From Eledone cirrhosa (lineage: Eukaryota): a stretch of DNA of 64,000 nt. The notes beneath the pieces were generated by a model. The model was not told the origin of the DNA, did no database searches, and saw nothing but the letters and a program-made list of their open reading frames with translations. The position numbers and the translations under genes were made by a program. Where the stretch lies: the NCBI GenBank assembly GCA_964016885.1, contig OZ024751.1, forward strand, positions 12,090,001-12,154,000. Direction: 5' to 3'. Below, piece by piece: positions 57,735 through 64,000 of this stretch (positions are counted from its first letter, which is position 1; each line of letters begins with the position of its first letter).

Positions 57735-57769
<35 letters not shown>

Positions 57770-57783
57770 GTGTATACATATAT

Positions 57784-57842
<59 letters not shown>

Positions 57843-57844
<2 letters not shown>

Positions 57845-57941
57845 CCAGTAAGACCCCGACGGCTGAGCTCAAGCCGTTTCGACGGCTAATTCAGTACTTT
57901 GGTGCGTTATGGTCCACCTGGTTATTACCACATTTCCTTCG

Positions 57942-57943
<2 letters not shown>
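57843..57943 (+). mobile_element. Family-T element with internal deletion
   Basis: The left arm is joined directly to the distal tail. Confidence 0.65.
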
Positions 57944-57979
<36 letters not shown>

Positions 57980-57993
57980 ATACATATATACAA

Positions 57994-58025
<32 letters not shown>

Positions 58026-58158
58026 GTGAGGTTTTTTTTACAAAATGAAAAATAACCGAGGTGTCCTACACGAGTGAAAGTATAAAAGAAAAAAAGATGA
58101 AATCGAAATTGCAACTGGAGTCTTATTTTTAAAAAATATATATATATTTATTTGGTTC

Positions 58159-58194
58159 CTTTACCGGTTTCGCAGTTCTTCTGCTTTTCAAAAG
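58159..58194 (-). ncRNA. Variant hammerhead ribozyme with U3-A8 core
   Basis: CTT-TTGAAAA-GCAG aagaa CTGC-GAAA-CCGG-TA-AAG, with AATAAA downstream. Confidence 0.6.
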
Positions 58195-58227
58195 TAGAGT
58201 TGATATTGAGGGTATGTGGTTTTTCTC

Positions 58228-58268
<41 letters not shown>

Positions 58269-59021
58269 CATACATATGTGTGGGTATTTAAACAATAAAA
58301 ACGGAAGTCAAGAACAGGTAGAGAGTTAGTTGATACGCGTGTGTATATATATATATATATAATAGAGACACACAAGAAGAAATTAAACACTGAAACCTAA
58401 TAAGGTAGAGGGCGTCCTTTCAATCACATTTTTTTTGTTGTTGTTCTTTTTTCCCCATTTATACTATATTTATCCTTTTTGTTTTGTTTCTCCATTTCAA
58501 TACATTGATCGCGTGACATGATCTTTAACCTTAACCTATATAAGCTCTCACCATCCCATAACACTTTACTTCGTTTTCTAATACCTCCATAGTTGTTTTC
58601 TCTTTTGAAAAGTCTATTTCCTTCCTTGTTGAATTGTTTCAAACGTATTTACTTTGTGTTATGTTTACATCTAAAGTCCTTATTCACCTTCACTCGAGCT
58701 CTCCCTCTCTCTCTCTGTCTCTCTTTCTCTCTGTCTCTCTTTCTCTTTCTTTCTCTCTCTCTTTCACTCTCTCTCTATATACACAAACACACTCAGATGC
58801 ATATATACTTTTTACTTCTTTTAGGCATCTGGCTATTGTAGTATTAGTATTAGTAGTAGCATCAGTAGTAGTAGTAGTAGTAATAGTAGTAGTAGTAGTG
58901 TTGATCTTCCGTTTTTGAATCAGGCTTTCTAGAGATTCTTTTTGTTCCCTCCTTCTTTCCTTGATTCTGTCTCTTTTCTGTTTACATGCAAGCAAACACA
59001 CACACACATACACACACAAAT

Positions 59022-59110
<89 letters not shown>

Positions 59111-59596
59111 TATACATAACACAAACGATCCAAGCCAATTGTTTTATTTACATTCCAATTGTCTAACTGTAGGTAATTATTATTTATAATAACCTATACA
59201 GTAATAGCAAAATATCTCTATGAAATTCACTATTCAACATGGATGAAAAGCCCGTCAATTTATGATGGCCGCCATTTTGCTTGGTAGAATATAATATAAA
59301 GTATAATTGTATATTTTACTAAGTTATTTGAAATGTATATAGCCTGGCGGAATATATGATGCTCAATTGATAAAATAGAAGTTAATAGACATGATGTTGC
59401 AGCATAACTGTGAGAAAATAATTTCCACTTATACCACCTAATTTTTGTATAAATATATTTCTTTATTTATTTTTTTTATAGATAGATATATAATATTCAT
59501 TGTGGCTATTTTCTGTGGTTTGATGGAATACACAAATGACTTCTTTTCTTTTGAGTATGAAGAACGAACCTCTACTTAGGACTTTCTTCATTATAT

Positions 59597-60162
59597 AATT
59601 AAGGTGTTCGCTCTAACATAGCTATTTACATATAAGTATACGTATTTTCTATCTCTAGCGATATACGGTATGTACAAATAAACATTCTGCAAGCCTTTAA
59701 CTATGAATTTGGAAATGGATAACGTTGCGCAATCTAGCGGATTCCAGCAGAATCTAAGGGTGGGTAACTGATGACGATGACGTCATTTACGACACTGGTC
59801 GTTATCAAGCCAGTGTTCACTTATCCCACTTTCTGCTGGAACTCAATATAGTTGAAAACATATAGTTTTGACAACTATGTACAAAGGTTGATTAGCCTCA
59901 TTTACATATAGAACTATTGACTGAATCGACATGAAAATAGAATTAAGGTTCTCGCTCTAGCATAGCTGTATACATATAAGTACGAGTATTTTGTATATCA
60001 AGCGATATATGATATGTTTACGAATAAACATTTTAAAGCCATGAATTCGGAAACTGATAACGTAGCTCCATCTAGCGGATTCCAGCAGAAGCTAAGGGTA
60101 GGTACCTGACGACGACGATGTCGTTTCTGACACTGGTCATTATCAAGTTAGTGTTCCCTTAC
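59597..60162 (+). repeat. Diverged 344-bp tandem repeat (~1.6 units) with an HHR-like junction
   Basis: Units start at 59597 and 59941. CTGATGA lies at 59768 and CTGACGA at 60106. Confidence 0.75.
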
Positions 60163-61491
60163 ACATAAAATGGTAAAGTCACTTTATATTTGTATCGACT
60201 CATATTCGAGTATCTAAACTATAATAAAATAACAAGCGCCGGACTGCGTACGGTATATAATCTTTTATCCTCTTAGTAAAATAAGTTAAGTGAATGAATA
60301 TTACATAATTTATCTACTAAATTTCGTGGCTGTTCATTGAATATATTTATTACTTATTTAAAGATTCACTTCTTTAAAATTTTCAAATGTCAACACCTCC
60401 GTTTAACCATCATTTAAATAAATATTCCTATATTTCTGTCATTAATATACTCCTAATGCAGTTTATATATAATATCGTCTTTTTTAATGTATCATGGATT
60501 ACGTTACTGATTACATAAGCGAGTGTCACATAGTCTCCGTTCAATTTCTGTGTATATTGTCAATTACGATGTTATTTGATGTATAATATCTACATGCACA
60601 TATACTTGCGAATAATATCAATATACACGCTACACATGCTAGCAGAAAAACTACCCTTCGGGTTGTCATGAACAACCCACACTAAGTAACTTTTCTTAAA
60701 ATCATTACTATTCATGATGATTTACAAAATAAAAATAATTCTTATTCAAAGGCGACCGGTGAGGTTTGTTTAAATTTAAATCCTGCTGGGACAACTATAT
60801 CGTTATATATTCCGGTGGTCGATAATGTAATTTCAGCAGTAAATTGCTAGGATCCATTTAATCGACAATATTTCGCTACCTCTACCCGCTGAGAAATCTT
60901 GTCTGCCCTTGGGTAGTTTTAAATTATTATCATCATCATTAGTAGTAGTAGTAGTAGTAGAAGTAGTAGTAGTAGGTGGTTGTGGTGGCGGTGGTGGTGG
61001 TGGTCGCGGCGGTGGTGGTGGTGGTTTTGACAGTGATGGTGGTTGCATGAGTAAGAGAAGAACAAGTTTTACCTTCTTTGACATCTTTAACCAAACACAA
61101 TAGAAAGGAAACACACATATGCACATATGCACATATGCAAATACATACATTTACACGTATACACATACATACTTACATACAACCATACGAGAGATAAAGA
61201 GAGAGAGAGACAGACAAATAGATATAGATATATAGAGAGAGAAAGAGAGGTGGTGAGAGGGAGAGTGATCGTCAGAGAGATAAGGAACAAACAGAAATCG
61301 CCGAAACGTTGTCTGTGGTTAGACTAGAATTATAGAATGATGGAATTCTCCTGGCCCTAGACTCTAATTATGGTTTTGGTCCTCTGGCACTTGTGCTAGA
61401 TGTAGATATAGAGAATGGTAGATATAGAGATACCTGATCAGTAGAGTATATGAGAAAAAATTATATATAAGTATGTGTGTGTATATATATA

Positions 61492-61548
<57 letters not shown>

Positions 61549-61682
61549 ATACATACACACACAATCTCACTCTCTCTCGCACACACACACCCATATATAT
61601 ATATATATATATGTGTGCGTGTGTGTGTGTCTACATACATACACACACACTCTCGCTCTCTCTCTCGCACACACACACACAC

Positions 61683-61735
<53 letters not shown>

Positions 61736-62039
61736 CGTGTGTATATATATTGGTGTAGAGAGGTAGAGATTTAGGGATAGACTGAGTGGGAATACCTGAT
61801 CAGGATTGTGTAAGAGAAAAAAAGTTAAGTGTGTATATATATATACATATATATGTATATATATATATATATATATGGGTGTATATATATATTTGTGTGT
61901 GTAGCGGGAGAGGGGGAGGGAGTATGATTTAGGGTGTAATAATATGAACAAAAGGAAACTGCGGTGAAAGTGAGGTATTCAAAACGTCATGCCCTACGGT
62001 AAGGGAAGTGCGGGCGTCATTTAGGCTGTTGTTATAGTT

Positions 62040-64000
62040 GTTGATGGTTGTGGTGGTGGTGGTGGTGGTGGTGGTGGTGTTGGTGAACATAGTGGTGGTG
62101 GTGGTGGTGGTGTTGTGGTTGGTAAACATAGTGGTGGTGGTATTGTTGTTGGTGAACATGGTGGTGGTGGTAGTGGTGGTGGTGGTGGTGTTGTTGGTGA
62201 ACATGGTGGTGGTGGTAGTGGTGGTGGTGGTGGTGTTGTTGGTGAACATAGTGGTGGTGGTGGTGGTGGTGTTGTGGTTGGTGAACATAGTGGTGGTGGT
62301 GGTGGTGTTGTTGTTGGTGAACATGGTGGTGGTGGTAGTGGTGGTGGTGGTGGTGGTGTTGTTGGTGAACATAGTGGTGGTGGTGGTGTTGTTGTTGGTG
62401 AACATAGTGGTGGTGGTGGTGGTGGTGGTGTTGTTGGTGAACATAGTGGTGGTGGTGGTGGTTGTGTTGTTGTTGGTGAACATAGTGGTGGTGGTGGTGG
62501 TGGTGGTAGTGTTGTTGGTGAACATAGTGGTGGTGGTGGTGGTGGTAGTGTTGTTGGTGAACATAGTGGTGGTGGTGGTGTTGTTGTTGGTGAACATAGT
62601 GGTGGTGGTGGTGGTAGTGTTGTTGGTGAACATAGTGGTGGTGGTGGTGGTGGTAGTGTTGTTGGTGAACATAGTGGTGGTGGTGGTGGTGTTGTTGTTG
62701 GTGAACATAGTGGTGGTGGTTGTGTTGTTGTTGGTGAACATAGTGGTGGTGGTAGTGTTGTTGGTGAACATAGTGGTGGTTGTGGTGGTGGTGGTTGTGT
62801 TGTTGTTGCTGAACATAGTGGTGGTGGTGGTGGTGGTGGTAGTGTTGTTGGTGAACATAGTGGTGGTGGTGGTGGTGGTGGTGGTGTTGTTGTTGTTGGT
62901 GAACATAGTGGTGGTGGTGGTGTTGTTGTTGGTGAACATAGTGTTGGTGGTAGTGGTAGTGGTGGTGGTTGTATTGTTGTTGGTGAACATAGTGTTGGTG
63001 GTAGTGGTAGTGGTGGGGTTGTTGTTGGTGAACATAGTGTTGGTGGTAGTGGTAGTGGTGGTGTTGTTGTTGGTGAACATAGTGTTGGTGGTAGTGGTAG
63101 TGGTGGTGTTGTTGTTGGTGAACATAGTGTTGGTGGTAGTGGTGGTGTTGTTGTTGGTGAACATAGTGTTGGTGGTAGTGGTAGTGGTGGTGTTGTTGTT
63201 GGTGAACATAGTGTTGGTGGTAGTGGTAGTGGTGGTGTTGTTGTTGGTGAACATAGTGTTGGTGGTAGTGGTAGTGGTGGTGTTGTTGTTGGTGAACATA
63301 GTGTTGATGGTAGTGGTAGTGGTGGTGTTGTTGTTGGTGAACATAGTGTTGGTGGTAGTGGTGGTGGTTGTGGTGTTGGTGTTGGTGAACATAGTGTTGG
63401 TGGTAGTGGTAGTGGTGGTGTTGTTGTCGGTGAACATAGTGTTGGTGGTAGTGGTGGTGGTGTTGTTGTTGGAGAACATAGTGTTGGTGGTAGTGGTAGT
63501 GGTGGTGTTGTTGTTGGTGAACATAGTGTTGGTGGTAGTGGTAGTGGTGGTGTTGTTGTTGGTGAACATAGTGTTGGTGGTAGTGGTAGTGGTGGTGTTG
63601 TTGTTGGTGAACATAGTGTTGGTGGTAGTGGTAGTGGTGGTGTTGTTGTTGGTGAACATAGTGTTGGTGGTAGTGGTAGTGGTGGTGTTGTTGTTGGTGA
63701 ACATAGTGTTGGTGGTAGTGGTAGTGGTGGTGTAGTTGTTGGTGAACATAGTGTTGGTGGTAGTGGTAGTGGTGGTGTTGTTGTTGGTGAACATAGTGTT
63801 GGTGGTAGTGGTAGTGGTTGTATTGTTGTTGGTGAACATAGTGTTGGTGGTAGTGGTAGTGGTTGTATTGTTGTTGGTGAACATAGTGTTGGTGGTAGTG
63901 GTAGTGGTGGTGTTGTTGTTGGTGAACATAGTGTTGGTGGTAGTGGTAGTGGTGGTGTTGTTGTTGGTGAACATAGTGTTGGTGGTAGTGGTAGTGGTGG
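62040..64000. repeat. (GTG)n-derived minisatellite, variable units becoming a regular 45-mer
   Basis: Anchor GGTGAACATAGT. The unit GTGAACATAGTGTTGGTGGTAGTGGTAGTGGTGGTGTTGTTGTTG dominates from ~62940 to the window end. Confidence 0.95.

Noticed and set aside
61929-63974. 681-aa MFTNNNT-repeat ORF
   Set aside because: It is a minisatellite translation, open on both strands.

Overview
Eukaryotic, repeat-dominated, apparently non-genic DNA with dense (TA)n, (CA)n, (GA)n and triplet microsatellites and one 200-N gap. The repeat landscape suggests an octopus-like cephalopod (inference). No host protein-coding exon can be supported, and nearly all listed ORFs are translations of simple repeats. 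The recognisable coding relics are two Penelope-like (PLE) GIY-YIG endonuclease fragments, an internally deleted Tc1/mariner and a CRE-like endonuclease fragment. There are also tRNA-derived SINEs, a U2 snRNA pseudogene and several minisatellites. The main hidden signal is about 20 intact or decayed type I hammerhead ribozyme (HHR) motifs from roughly ten unrelated sequence families, all folded by eye. They sit in fold-back elements inserted in (TA)n, or in just-over-unit-length direct repeats resembling retrozymes. They include U3-A8 core variants, a three-copy fold-back family with a fixed inversion point, and a 3' tail stem-loop shared by unrelated families.
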